Source: Octopus sinensis (Eukaryota). Taken from it: a stretch of DNA of 64,000 nt. A program made the position numbers and the translations under genes. This document shows, in pieces, positions 29,050-41,098 of this stretch. A model generated the notes under the pieces. The model saw only the letters and a list, made by a program, of their open reading frames with translations. It did not search any database and was not told the DNA's origin. The stretch spans positions 98,952,001 to 99,016,000 of the forward strand of contig NC_043006.1 of the NCBI RefSeq assembly GCF_006345805.1. The letters are read 5' to 3'. Position 1 is the first letter of the stretch. The number at the start of each line of letters is the position of its first letter.

Positions 29050-29982
29050 CATACATACATGCAATATATATATATATATATGTATAAACAAGGAAAATGC
29101 CACTTGTATTTGAACACTATACAAATATTTTTTTTAAATACTTTTCTTTTATTTTTTGTAAATTTAATTATTTAATTGTTACAGTTGAAAAAGTCTCAAT
29201 GACTGAAACCAGTACTGAAATGTTTTTTTATAAAATTATTGTAGCATTTTCTATCTTGACCTTTTTTCCATGCATACACAAACACACACATATTCACTGC
29301 CACAGTTTCAAGCGACTCATTTAATATATTAATATATTAATGAACACATTACATCATTGCAAAGAAAGCATTTACATCCAATGTTTGCATCGACTTCAAA
29401 CATAAAGGGCAAACCACCTGCTTTAACACACTCGTATCACCAAACGAGCGCAAATTTTGACCTTGATTCTGCGGCTATGTCTTTGACAGAATGAATTTAG
29501 AACATTAGGGGAAATAGTGCGTAGAGCTCAACCATACAAATGGAGCCGGTATGGATGTGGTCTACGTTGTAGTGAGTTATATGAAATATCCAAACATAGA
29601 GATAAATACAAACTAATTAATAATAAATGAGATCTTAAGGTGCCAAGTGTTCATAGTATTACCCGTACTTTTATATACATTAGAAGCAGGTAATAAATCA
29701 TATCATACTGTATTCTTGGTAACAAGTTATTTGGGATGTCATATCATTCATAGCCTCCTCTCTGTGATGACGAAACCCATTCAATAGTGACCATTAGCCC
29801 CATTTGATCTATAAACTTTCAATAATTACAATGTGTATTTACGCGTTCCCAGTGGTGAACCTCGTCTATTGTGGTTGATATAAAATATATTTATTGAAAG
29901 TCGCATCTCCCCTAAAACAAATATATCCCCTAAGATCCGTTACTATTCTACCTCGATCATTTTCGTTGACATACTTTAGATA

Positions 29983-30448
29983 TCTGTATATATATATAAG
30001 GCAAGATGTGTGTGTGTCTGTGTGTGTGTACGTGATTGTAAGTTATGCATATCCACAAATTAGCACGCATGTCGCTCAAATTTTAGGAGGACATTCGTCA
30101 CGATCCTAGCTCTATTTTCGTCAAATTGTTTTCCCCCGAGACACCTGCGAATAACGGTAAATAATTTTAAGCCATAACTTCTAAATGTTTGACGACAGCG
30201 AAAGCTACCATTGTTTACAAAGCAAATATGAGTTAACTCCCCTCCTAGCGAAGGTGTAAAGAGAGGGAGGGAGGGAGGGAAAGAGAGATAACAGATTTTT
30301 TAAATTTCGTCTTTTTACTGGCAATAACAGACAGGTGTTGTTATATATGTATATATGTGTGAATGGCTTCAGTCACACACACACATACGAGCATATATGC
30401 ATACAAAACTTATGCATGCAATGTGTGTGTGTGTGTGTTTGTTACCCG

Positions 30449-30504
<56 letters not shown>

Positions 30505-31303
30505 ACTGGCAACATAAACGATGTTCTCCGTTTCTCCGGAACAAATATCAAAATTAACTGAATCCGTTGTTCTAATCATAGCGATATATAGCTGGTCGTG
30601 CGTGAACATGGGAGAGAGCAGGGGTTACCAGAGCAAAAGACCTACGTGTTGACTGTAGACACGCTCCTTCGCAAACGATGAGCTGTTATTTTTTAAAAAA
30701 ATGTTTCGAAACTCTTCATATTTTCGAAAGGAGTGATATGACTTTCACATCTCTGCGGGAGAAGGTAGGCTTCTCTATTCATGTTACAACACTTACTTCC
30801 GGTTGCCAAATTTGCTTCAATTGATGGTAATACTCGAGTGGGAGGTGGTGGTGGGACAGTGGCAGGGGCAAAGGCGTGCAAAAATATGTATGCAATAAAT
30901 GTATGTACGTATATGTTTCTGTGTGTATGTGTGTATGTGTGTGTGTTGCCCATATATATATTAGTTGTGATCTGAACATAACCGCTTCTCACACAGAGGA
31001 TCGGGAGCCGTTTTGGGCGTTCTATTTTCCTTCCTGGGAGGGTTCTCAACCCATGGGCAAAGCAGGGTTACAGGAACAAAAAAAAAAGAAAAGAAAACAT
31101 TGATGAGTGGAAAAAATCGAGAAAGCGATTCCTTATGGGATTTCCCAATGAAATTGTCCGCAAAATTGCAGCCAAAATTTACCAATTTCAACGGATTTCA
31201 CTCAAATTTGACGTCGATGTTACTTAGTTTGCTTTGAAATAAAGAGCTTGATTAGCTTAATAATCCTAACTTAATCACGAGCAAAGCTGGGCTACCCTGC
31301 TAG
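29983..31303 (+). mobile_element. Probable non-autonomous Helitron
   Basis: A|TC 5' end (tctgtatatatatataag + GT-rich repeat) and CTAG|T 3' end preceded by an imperfect GC-rich hairpin-like motif (cacgagcaaagctggg). No TSD seen. Confidence 0.55.
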
Positions 31304-32099
31304 TATCTTATAAACCTATCTCCAAAGGTAATTTAGTCTCTATCTTGGTAATTTTCTATATTATTTTATATTGTATTAATAATAATATTCTGGCTATAAC
31401 TTTTCTATATTCCAATACCGTTATAAAAAAATCATTTTATTTTATCTTATATATTTCTTATATCTTATATCTTATATCTTATATATATATATCTTTTGTA
31501 TACCATTTTATATAATAATATTATATAATTATTTTATATATTTTTATTAAAAAAGATGTTCTTATATTACGTAATTTTTTAATAATTTATATTTTAATAT
31601 TTTATGACTTTATGTACCCTTTTATATATTTTAATGGTTTTTATTGTTAATATTATTATATATTTTTAAATTACACAATATATCTTATAAATTCTTGTAT
31701 TTTATTTTTTATAATCTTAAGTCTTTTACATTTTTGTATAGTTTTTATAGCTTATAAATATGTAACAATTTACACTCTTTTCATAAAATTTACACTATAC
31801 TGTAATCTTATATTATAATTTTTAATTATACATGATATTTATTATGTGATTATATGACGAAATTTTTTTAAATCTTGTATCTTAATGTACTTCATTATAT
31901 ATTTAATTTCTCTAATTTACTTATCATCATTTATATCAGATCTCATTTCTTCTTATATCCCATCCTTACCCACCCGTATTTGACGAGAATGGTTTTAGCA
32001 TCAGTTTAATTTATAAGTATCAACACACACACACATATATATATATCATAAATGTTTCCGTGATACATTCGTCATATATTATTTTACAAGCATATTTTA

Positions 32100-32612
<513 letters not shown>

Positions 32613-33360
32613 TAAGCATATTCTATACACTTCATTCGTGAAAAATCTTATTGTTTATCGTATATATTAAAATATATCCTTATTTAAAGTTATGTTTCAG
32701 TTCTAGCTTACATCTATATATTTGATATTTTAACTTTCTATCCTTTTCTCCATGAGGCATTCCCTCCTTTTTACCACCCCAAGCCTTACCCTTTGGAGTA
32801 GACAAAGGCAGGTATAAAGTTCCAGTACTTAGTCTAGTATTTTGTCATGATATGAATTAATTTATCACCTTTTTCTAGAATACAGCTACAAGTCCCGAAA
32901 GATTTAATTTTAGATGATTGGAAACTACATTTCCCCTACTGTCTTCGAAGAGTAGGTAACTAGATCACTAATCTCAATTATTCCCGCGCACACACTATAA
33001 CCTGTAATAACCTCTAAATTCTAGAAGGTTTGACACTACATAGGCTATTTTCTAAACTTATTCTGTCGATGATATAAGAGCAGAATGAATGTAAATATTT
33101 GATCTCCGTTGGTCAAACGAATATGTGAAAGCAGATGGTTTGTCCTTTGTGCTTGAAGTTTATGCAATGATCTGACGAAAACAGATTCTTTACAATGATG
33201 TAAAAATACTTTCATTAATCAATTTAATGTGTCGCTTGAAACGGCCATAATGAATTGATACGTGTACATTTTTGTTACTCATTTATATTTTATTCCCCTA
33301 CCTTGGAAACTGCACTTCAGAAATATAATAGAAAGTATTTTTATATTTTTATAAACGTAC

Positions 33361-33501
33361 ATGTCCGAACAACCAAGAGCGGATCTGTTCACTAAGTTGG
33401 GTCGTGTTATCTGCATACACTGCAAGAATATCAAGTACAAACACTACTGCACAAAGTTTGGTATTCACCAGATACTCCTTGGGTTTGCAAATGAGACCGA
33501 C
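33361..33501 (-). other. Candidate 141-bp coding exon of an unidentified gene
   Basis: ccttcttag|GTC...CAT|gtacgt, phase 0/0, with one open frame VGLICKPKEYLVNTKLCAVVFVLDILAVYADNTTQLSEQIRSWLFGH and locally raised GC. No homology confirmed. Confidence 0.25.
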
Positions 33502-35243
33502 CTAAGAAGGTGTCTAAATTTAAGTACCTGATTCAACTAAATTATAATTGTACATTATAAGTATATGGTGTGCTGTTCCTAGACGCTAAGAGCAACAAAA
33601 AAAGTACCCCATCTGGTAAGAGATAGAAATATATATTATTTAATGAACACAATATATATTTTATGAGCAACTATTAGTTTCATGTGATGAAGTTACGGGT
33701 ACATAACTACTAGTGTAATATTTTACACGTGTAATGCTTAGCCTTTAAATATGTCTACATGACTGTAGGGTAAGATGCAGAAATCATTCACAATGAAATC
33801 ACAGAGTAAAACAAAAATATAGCATTCAAATAATTTTTGTAATTCATTTTTATATCAATGGTTGGAGAGTCATTTACGAATATAAAAGGTTTATAGAGTT
33901 TACAGTTCAATACTTATGAAGTTACTGGTATAATAAATATAGCATACAACCTACTTTCATGGGAATCTTGATTTTATAGTTCATGCTTCAGAAACATGCA
34001 GCAGGATGTTGATGGAGCGATCACCAAAAACCTTGATATTAATCATTTTACGGAGTGTTTTTCATCAACCATGATCTTTCGAAGGTATTCTAAATTTTAT
34101 GCTTACCTTACCTATGCAAATACTAAATTCTCGCTTTAAGGTATCGTTAATGTTACATCAGATTTCAGATGGTGAAAGATATCAACTGCGCTAGACACCA
34201 GCTTAAGTGAATGTAATGGACAGTGCTTATTTAATGTTTTAGTGTTGTTATTCTGTTGAGCGCACGAAACTGATAAGAAAGAAATTGTCAGTTACTCCTT
34301 TCACGATTAATTTCCAAAGAGTAAATAATCATGCAAAGTCAAATAGAGACGGATCTCTCGTATCGAACTTTACAAAGTTAACCTCTACGCTCGATTGTGC
34401 TAATCACAACTCATCTAATCGCGAATATAGGTGAATACCTCTAAATGATCACTGAGTGTGCACCGTCATACAACTGCAATAATTTTCCCACACAAATGTG
34501 AAACAAGGTCGTGAAAATTAATTCCATGAATCATAATAAACTCTCAGGCGGAACCATAATGTTTCCATGGTTTCCATAACCTTATAGATTAACGCGAGCA
34601 GCTTTAGCAATGTTATAAGATATATCGCTTTAACCAGCTTTTTCAAAACACCAGAACTACTCACTCTATCAAAGTGCATGATTAGGATCTACGAAGTGAG
34701 CAATGATCCCATTCCTCGACAATCTTCCCGAAGCTCAGGCTATAAGAATATCATGCCAGTGATGGATTGGACAGAAAGGAAATAAACACCAGTTTCCTGA
34801 GGTATACTTCTTGCCAAATTTTCACAGCACTTGAAGGGAATATCAGTATATTCTTTTCTCCAAATTTGAGAAAAATAAAAACCGTTTACAAACATTACAG
34901 TAATTAATTGTTCCCGGTGAGATGTTCTAAAATGGCTATGAACAATTTCATGAAGAATGTTTTCTCTCTAAATGAAAGAATCAAAGGATCATAAAGATGA
35001 CACATAACGGTATCCGTGGAGACTTTGAGCTCCTACACTGTTATTACTGGATGTTCGTTAATTTGAAGTTCGATATTTTAAGAATTGAAGGTATTTACAG
35101 AGTGTGTTCAACATAAAGACATATTTTAGAGAGTAATGCATTCATATATTGAACATATTTTTACATTAAATGATATCGCTATGAGAACAATAGGTGCATT
35201 GCACCATCCGTCTCTTCAAGTGTTTTGTTTTGTGTCTAGTAGT

Positions 35244-35735
35244 GTGATGTGTAACCTCCTTCGGTCATGAATGACCATGGAATTGCACACAGAAAGTTAC
35301 ACTCCGAGGTACAAGTCTGGGCAAGGTTGTTTATGGAAGATCAGCAGTCGCCCATGCATACCAGCCTCCCCTCTCACACGCCACTGATGTTATCCAAGGG
35401 AAAGGCAAAGGGCAATACAACTTGGAATCAGTGACGTCGCAGCTCGTTTATTAACGTGCAAGTGGCTGAGCACTCCACAGACACGTGTACCCTTAACGTA
35501 GTTCTCGAGGGGATTCAGCGTGACAAGGCTGGCCCTTTGAAACACAGGTACAACAGAAACAAGAAGAGTGAGAGAAAGTTGTGGTCAAAGAGTACAGCAG
35601 GGTTCACCCCCCCCCCACTGCCGGAGCCCCGTGGAGCCTTAGGTGCTTTCGCTCAATAAACACTCACAACGCCAGGTCTGGGAATCGAAACCGCGATTCC
35701 GCTGCACTAACCACTGGGCCATTGCGCCTCTACTA
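35244..35735 (-). mobile_element. SINE family C head with a different, longer 3' body; 11-bp TSD TGTCTAGTAGT
   Basis: Head matches family C on the minus strand. tgtctagtagt occurs at 35233-35243 and 35736-35746. Confidence 0.85.
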
Positions 35736-36622
35736 TGTCTAGTAGTATGCAATCTATATTTCAAGAATTTAAGGTGTTAACATTTATATTATTGTAGAAA
35801 TTTTGGTTGAACACTTCACCCATATATCATAAACCTGAGGACTGGTATGCAAAGGAAAATATTTATTATAATTAGTATTTAGAACATTACAAGCATTTGT
35901 TTTAACTGCTTTATGTCCATTTGCTGTGGTGCCAGCTTGTTACTACTGTTTTTAAAAGAAGAATTCAGTTGCACTTTTCCTTCGAAAAACGGTACGAGAA
36001 TAAATGCATGTTGTTCTTGTTTGGAATGCAATCCATATAACTACATTGGACCCACATATTTTCATAAAGCCGCATGGGATCCAAATATTTTCATAAGTGT
36101 CAAACTATTTCCGTTTCAGACAGTCAACGTGACACACAGGCTGTGTAGCATGTTATTATGTTTTAATTATTATTAAGTTTTCCTTTTTTATCTACGATGC
36201 GATCATTTCTCTCAGTGCCGCATATCTTGATTCAGACCCGTCTTCCGTGATGTTCGAAGTGTCTGAAATAATGTTGTGTATATTTTTGTCATAGAAATGA
36301 CAAGAATGCAGTCGATTATACTGACAGGTTTGTTATACAATATTCAAGATTTTAAAGAACCGTTATGCAAGCTGATAATTATTAAAAGAAAAAACAAAGT
36401 CAATAGCAATATACGCATTCGTTTGCTCTTCCAATTTACTGGTTCGGGAAGATGATCCTTACATTATGACAATTCAAAATGCACACATCTCTTGAGGGGT
36501 CAGACTGTTTTCGACGAATTTACACACTTCCTATTAACAAAGCACTCTTGGAAACTATTGCAAAAGAGAGATACACACAGTGTGTGTGTGTGTGTGTGTG
36601 TGCGTGTGTGCGTGCGTGTGCG

Positions 36623-36655
<33 letters not shown>

Positions 36656-36984
36656 GTGTGTATGTGTGTTCACTTTTCACGCGAAGCTACAGCGCGAATT
36701 GCTTCCATACTACGGATTCACGAATAATTTGACCTAGCATTGGGACCTTGCATAGACTGAAGCATCAGTATCTGATTCTCCAGGGATACTCTGTAACTTT
36801 TTGCAGTTATACTGAACATGTGTCAACTTGGCAGTCCCCTAGGGGTTTGGATGAAGCATCGTGAGGACATGGTTGAGGACTTAAAGTACGCAGCTCAACA
36901 GGCAAACCTAGATATCAGTATGAACTTCTTTGAAACGATTCTTGACGCAACTCAGTCAAGAGCATTCTCATTTTTGTCTTCGAC

Positions 36985-37385
36985 ATTCGCGGATTATGCC
37001 TCGCGAATTCGAGAGATCTACTGTGAAGTTACGATTCGTTTGATTCAGGACATTCGGTAAAAGCGACCGGATATGTAAAGTACAAAGAATTTGATCCTTG
37101 AAGAACACAATGCACGGAACTCTCTTCAATCGTGAGTTTCTTGCCAAAAACACAATGGTGTCGCTTCTACACCCGCCCTATTTGCCAGATTTAACACCTG
37201 TAGACTTCCATCTCTCCCCCAAGTTGAAAATGCAGCTCAAAGGTCGGCATTTTAACACCGTTGTCGGGAACAGAGCGAATCGCGGAAGGTCGTCGACTAC
37301 CTTACGGAAAACGAATTCCCAGCCTGATTTCAAAAGTGACAGGTGTGGTGGGTCCGCTGTCTTGCTGTGCATAGATGCTCTTTAG
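36985..37385 (+). mobile_element. Mariner (DD34D-type) transposase C-terminal remnant
   Basis: YCEV..RL..DIR.KRPD, REFLAKNTMVSLLHPPYLPDLTPVDFHLSPKLKMQLKGRHF. Confidence 0.85.
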
Positions 37386-38150
37386 ATCTAAGTACTTATC
37401 CCCACAGCTAAATTTCCGATCTGAAATTTTCAGGTGTTGTAAACATATGGAATGATGGGGTATTGGAAAGTACCAGCTTTTCCGGATTGTATAGCTTTAT
37501 ATGAAGGTATTCGTTAAGAGAAATGTTTCGAAAATTCCTATATGTTTAATGCTCGCTTCTTTCAAAATCAATGAATAACAAACAAAAAGATTTTAATGAA
37601 GTAAACACACATAAATATATACCAGGTGCCGAATTTTGGTGAATATCAATGTTAAAATATTCAAATTCCGAATGGGTATATAGCTTTTGTTAATATTTAT
37701 CTACACACAATCTCTAATCAAAATTTCCTCCCATACAATGATCGAAATAAATGTAAAATTAAATATTTGTGTTGTTGCTTCAATGGACTAAATTCAGCTT
37801 CTATTATCACAATGTAAAATACTTTTTCCTTTTGTCATATAAAGTTCTCAAAACGGGATGCTGCTTGGGACAAAAGAAATTTTGTATATCTAATCCAAAG
37901 TAAATCCCAATTGATATCAAATATAATAAAAACATATGACAACAGTTATTCCTATTTCCATCATTTACTATCACTGAAGAAACATTATAAGCATTAATCC
38001 TACCGAGTGTATTAAACATACAATAACCCTTATCTATGTATTGATATCTATGGCTCACAACGTGATAACATTGTACAAGACTTACACATGATAACATATG
38101 CCCACAAACGTTCATATACATATATGAATGTATGTGAATATATATATACT

Positions 38151-38520
38151 TAAAGTATACTAGCCATCTTAATATGGGTAACCACTAGGGGTGGGGGTGT
38201 TACTGTAGCTTTTTAGCCCCAGGAGATCATCATCTCCAGCTGGCTTTAAGCACAATCCTGTGCACTTTAATGATATTCGCAAAGGGAGGTCATCAGCTCT
38301 CGAAAGCGTAAGAGATACGCATGGACTGCAGTTTCGAGATTATTGTCTCTTGTCAACACACGCTAATCACGGGTTTTCGATAAGAGAGACCTGTTTGCGA
38401 ATATCTATTTAATGTTTTTCCAGTAACCACTGTCACTGATTTCGAAAAATGGTCTGAAAGCAAATATAAATCTCTGAGCGAGATGGTTAGCCACATTAAG
38501 ATGGCTAGTATACTTTACGT
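38151..38520 (-). mobile_element. PLE pLTR-like element, copy 1, with a 34-bp inverted end duplication and a U3-A8 HHR
   Basis: Homologous to 56371-56705. 38151-38184 is an imperfect reverse complement of 38484-38517. Confidence 0.7.
38317..38363 (-). ncRNA. Type I HHR with U3-A8 core variant
   Basis: Minus strand: GCGTGTG-TTGACAA-GAGAcaataaTCTC-GAAA-CTGCAG-TC-CATGCGT. Stem III ACTGCAGT is palindromic; GUC site. Confidence 0.72.
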
Positions 38521-38859
38521 TGTCGAGCGCTTACTGTTTACATCTCGCTCACAGATTTATTATTGCTTATATATATACTGTTGTCTTATTATTAATGTGG
38601 ATTGATGCATTGCGGTAAAAAGCTTGCTGGTTCGGGGTTCAGTTGGAAAGTACCTTCTACTATCGCATTGGAACAACCAATGTGATGCATTTCCCTCTTC
38701 CCACATTATGTCGTGGTAATGAGTTTACGCACAGGTTGTTCTGGCTAAATTTCACATATTGGTTAAAAGGGGGAAAAACGCAATATTCCCTCGAAAACTC
38801 AAAATATTTACAAAAAGGAAAAAAGAAACTCTCAGCTCGATTATGACGTGGAGATAACA

Positions 38860-39400
38860 GTTTATTACAAGTAGCCATCCTCAACTTCCAACACAGTCAC
38901 AGAATGACTCCGAAATCTGGCGCATGCCTTTCTCGTAGTAGCGTAGAGAAAATCTTCGAACACTTCCTTGCTCCTGGCCAACCTATCGGTTTTTGTATTC
39001 AAATGTCCAAAGTAGTACGATTGGTGTGCCGTATATTAATCCATGTGTTTACAATCAGAGGAATTAGATCAGAAAATGGAGTTAGTGGAGTCGTAAAAAT
39101 ACTCCCACAACCAAAACTGAATTTCTCGAAGGAACCGAATCTGCCTTCCGGCAGTAATCATTCACCCATCTCCAGCAGCTTCACAAAACCGACTGAATTG
39201 ACTCTAAGGCCAGGTTCAAAGCTGTGTGGAGGCATTCCATCATCCGCACTAGAGACACAACCGAATAAAGTCTTTCTGCCGAGCACAGCTTCGTAGTTGC
39301 AGCTTTTCACATCACATTTTACAGCATTTTCAGTGTTCATAGAATTTTGAACAGCAGCCATGATGTCGGCATCTTAATGCCGGGCGCGTATAATCATGAC
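38860..39400 (-). mobile_element. Tc1/mariner superfamily transposase remnant resembling the DD37D (maT) type
   Basis: FGCVSS.DDGMPPHSFEPGLRVNS, then SNSSDCKHMD (degenerate WPPNSPDCNPMD), ARSKEVFEDF..TTRKACARFRS..V.EVEDGY. Confidence 0.72.
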
Positions 39401-39884
39401 ACTGATAACGCTTTACAAAATATTCAGCTGGCTTCCAATCTTCCGTGTCAACTATACCTTCAGTCATTATGCTCTCCACAGCCGCTGACTGATCACCAAT
39501 ACTTAAAGCTCTGTTCCTGAGAAAAGGGCTCCCCCCACTAAAAAAAAAAGATGTGATGTATCATCAAATACATATCGATGCATATTACGAAAATAAATGC
39601 GAGCTATTTTGATCTGCCAAGAATATAAAAATTTATTCAGTATCAAAATATATTCTCAATGTGCTTTGATTCCCCAATTAATATTCCAAAATTATATCAA
39701 ACAACGTAAATATGAATATTTGTATGCATATATGCGTATGTGTGGAGATACATTGATACAGAAATACAAAGATATGTGTATGTTTTATCTTTTATATTTG
39801 TTTTAGTCATTAGCCTGCATCTATGCAGGGGCACCACCTCGAATCTTCAGTCGAATGTAACGACCCCAGTAATTTACTTTACTC

Positions 39885-40016
39885 TACTACTTATTCTATC
39901 GGTTACTTTTGCCGAACCGCTAGGTTGCAGGTGCGCAAACACATCAACACCGGTTATCAAGTGGTGGTATGAGGATAAATATAGACACAAGCACACACTC
40001 ACACACACACACATAC

Positions 40017-40094
<78 letters not shown>

Positions 40095-40397
40095 ACGAGC
40101 TTCTTTCAGTTTATGTCAACCAAATCCACACGTAAGACTTTGGCCGGTTCGAGGCTATAGTAGAAGGTGGCACGCAGTAGGACTGAAACCATAACCCTAC
40201 GATTGGGGAGGAAGCTTCTTACCACATTGTAGTATCTGTATATGTGTGTGTTTGTGTGCGTGCATGCTTGTATGTATTTATATCTCTTTACTCCTTTACT
40301 TGTTTCAGTCATTTGACTGCGACCATGCTGGAGCACCGCCTTTAGTCGAGCAAATCGACCCCGGGACCTATTCATTGTAAGCCCAGTACTTATTCTA

Positions 40398-40405
<8 letters not shown>
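39885..40405 (-). mobile_element. SINE family A pieces (5' part 39885-40227; separate 3' part 40283-40405)
   Basis: Reverse-complement matches to the family A body and tail. Confidence 0.8.
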
Positions 40406-40449
<44 letters not shown>

Positions 40450-40451
40450 TA

Positions 40452-40905
40452 TAATATTATTAGTGAATTGAAGAAATGGAGTTGAACGAAGATTGAACAG
40501 AAATCATTTTATTGCATTCTACACGTGTTTCGAAAGGCACAATTTACCAAATTCCGAATGAATAATGAGACCATATTGTGTCTTTCTCTTCAGGAAGAAA
40601 TAGGAAATCCGTTGGAATAAACAAAAACAGAACAGAGGCGGAGCAAAACAAATCGAACGAGGCTCCTAAGAGCCCATGGCCAAACTCTTAGGAGCCTCGT
40701 TCGATTTGTTTTGCTCCGCCTCTGTTCTGTTTTTGTTTATTCCAACGGATTTCCTATTTCTTCCTGAAGAGAAAGACACAATATGGTCTCATTATTCATT
40801 CGGAATTTGGTAAATTGTGCCTTTCGAAACACGTGTAGAATGCAATAAAACGATTTCTGTTCAATCTTCGTTCAACTCCATTTCTTCAATTCACTAATAA
40901 TATTA
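40452..40905. repeat. Long palindrome: 221-bp arms (40452-40672 / 40685-40905), 12-nt spacer; PLE-type inverted pLTR pair
   Basis: Arms are reverse complements with one mismatch seen (aaatcatttt vs aaatcgtttt). Spacer is cccatggccaaa. TA tracts lie at ~40428-40451 and ~41058-41095. Confidence 0.95.
40758..40843 (+). ncRNA. Type I hammerhead ribozyme with long stem II (right arm of palindrome; mirror copy on - strand at ~40514-40599)
   Basis: TTC-CTGAAGA-GAAAGaCACAAT...ATTGTGcCTTTC-GAAA-CacgtG-TA-GAA. Core intact, G10.1-C11.1 pair present, palindromic stem III ACACGTGT, GUA site. Stem I is short. Confidence 0.78.
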
Positions 40906-41055
40906 AAATTCAATTATCCGCACCAACGCACGGTTGCAACACCATATGGTTGTACCTCCAACCGTGCTGTCTTCTGCTGTGATTTTTGCTACCAAGGTAT
41001 CGGTTAAACTTTTGATTAATCTGCAACAAGATTATTCATCTTTCTATTTTACAAA

Positions 41056-41098
<43 letters not shown>

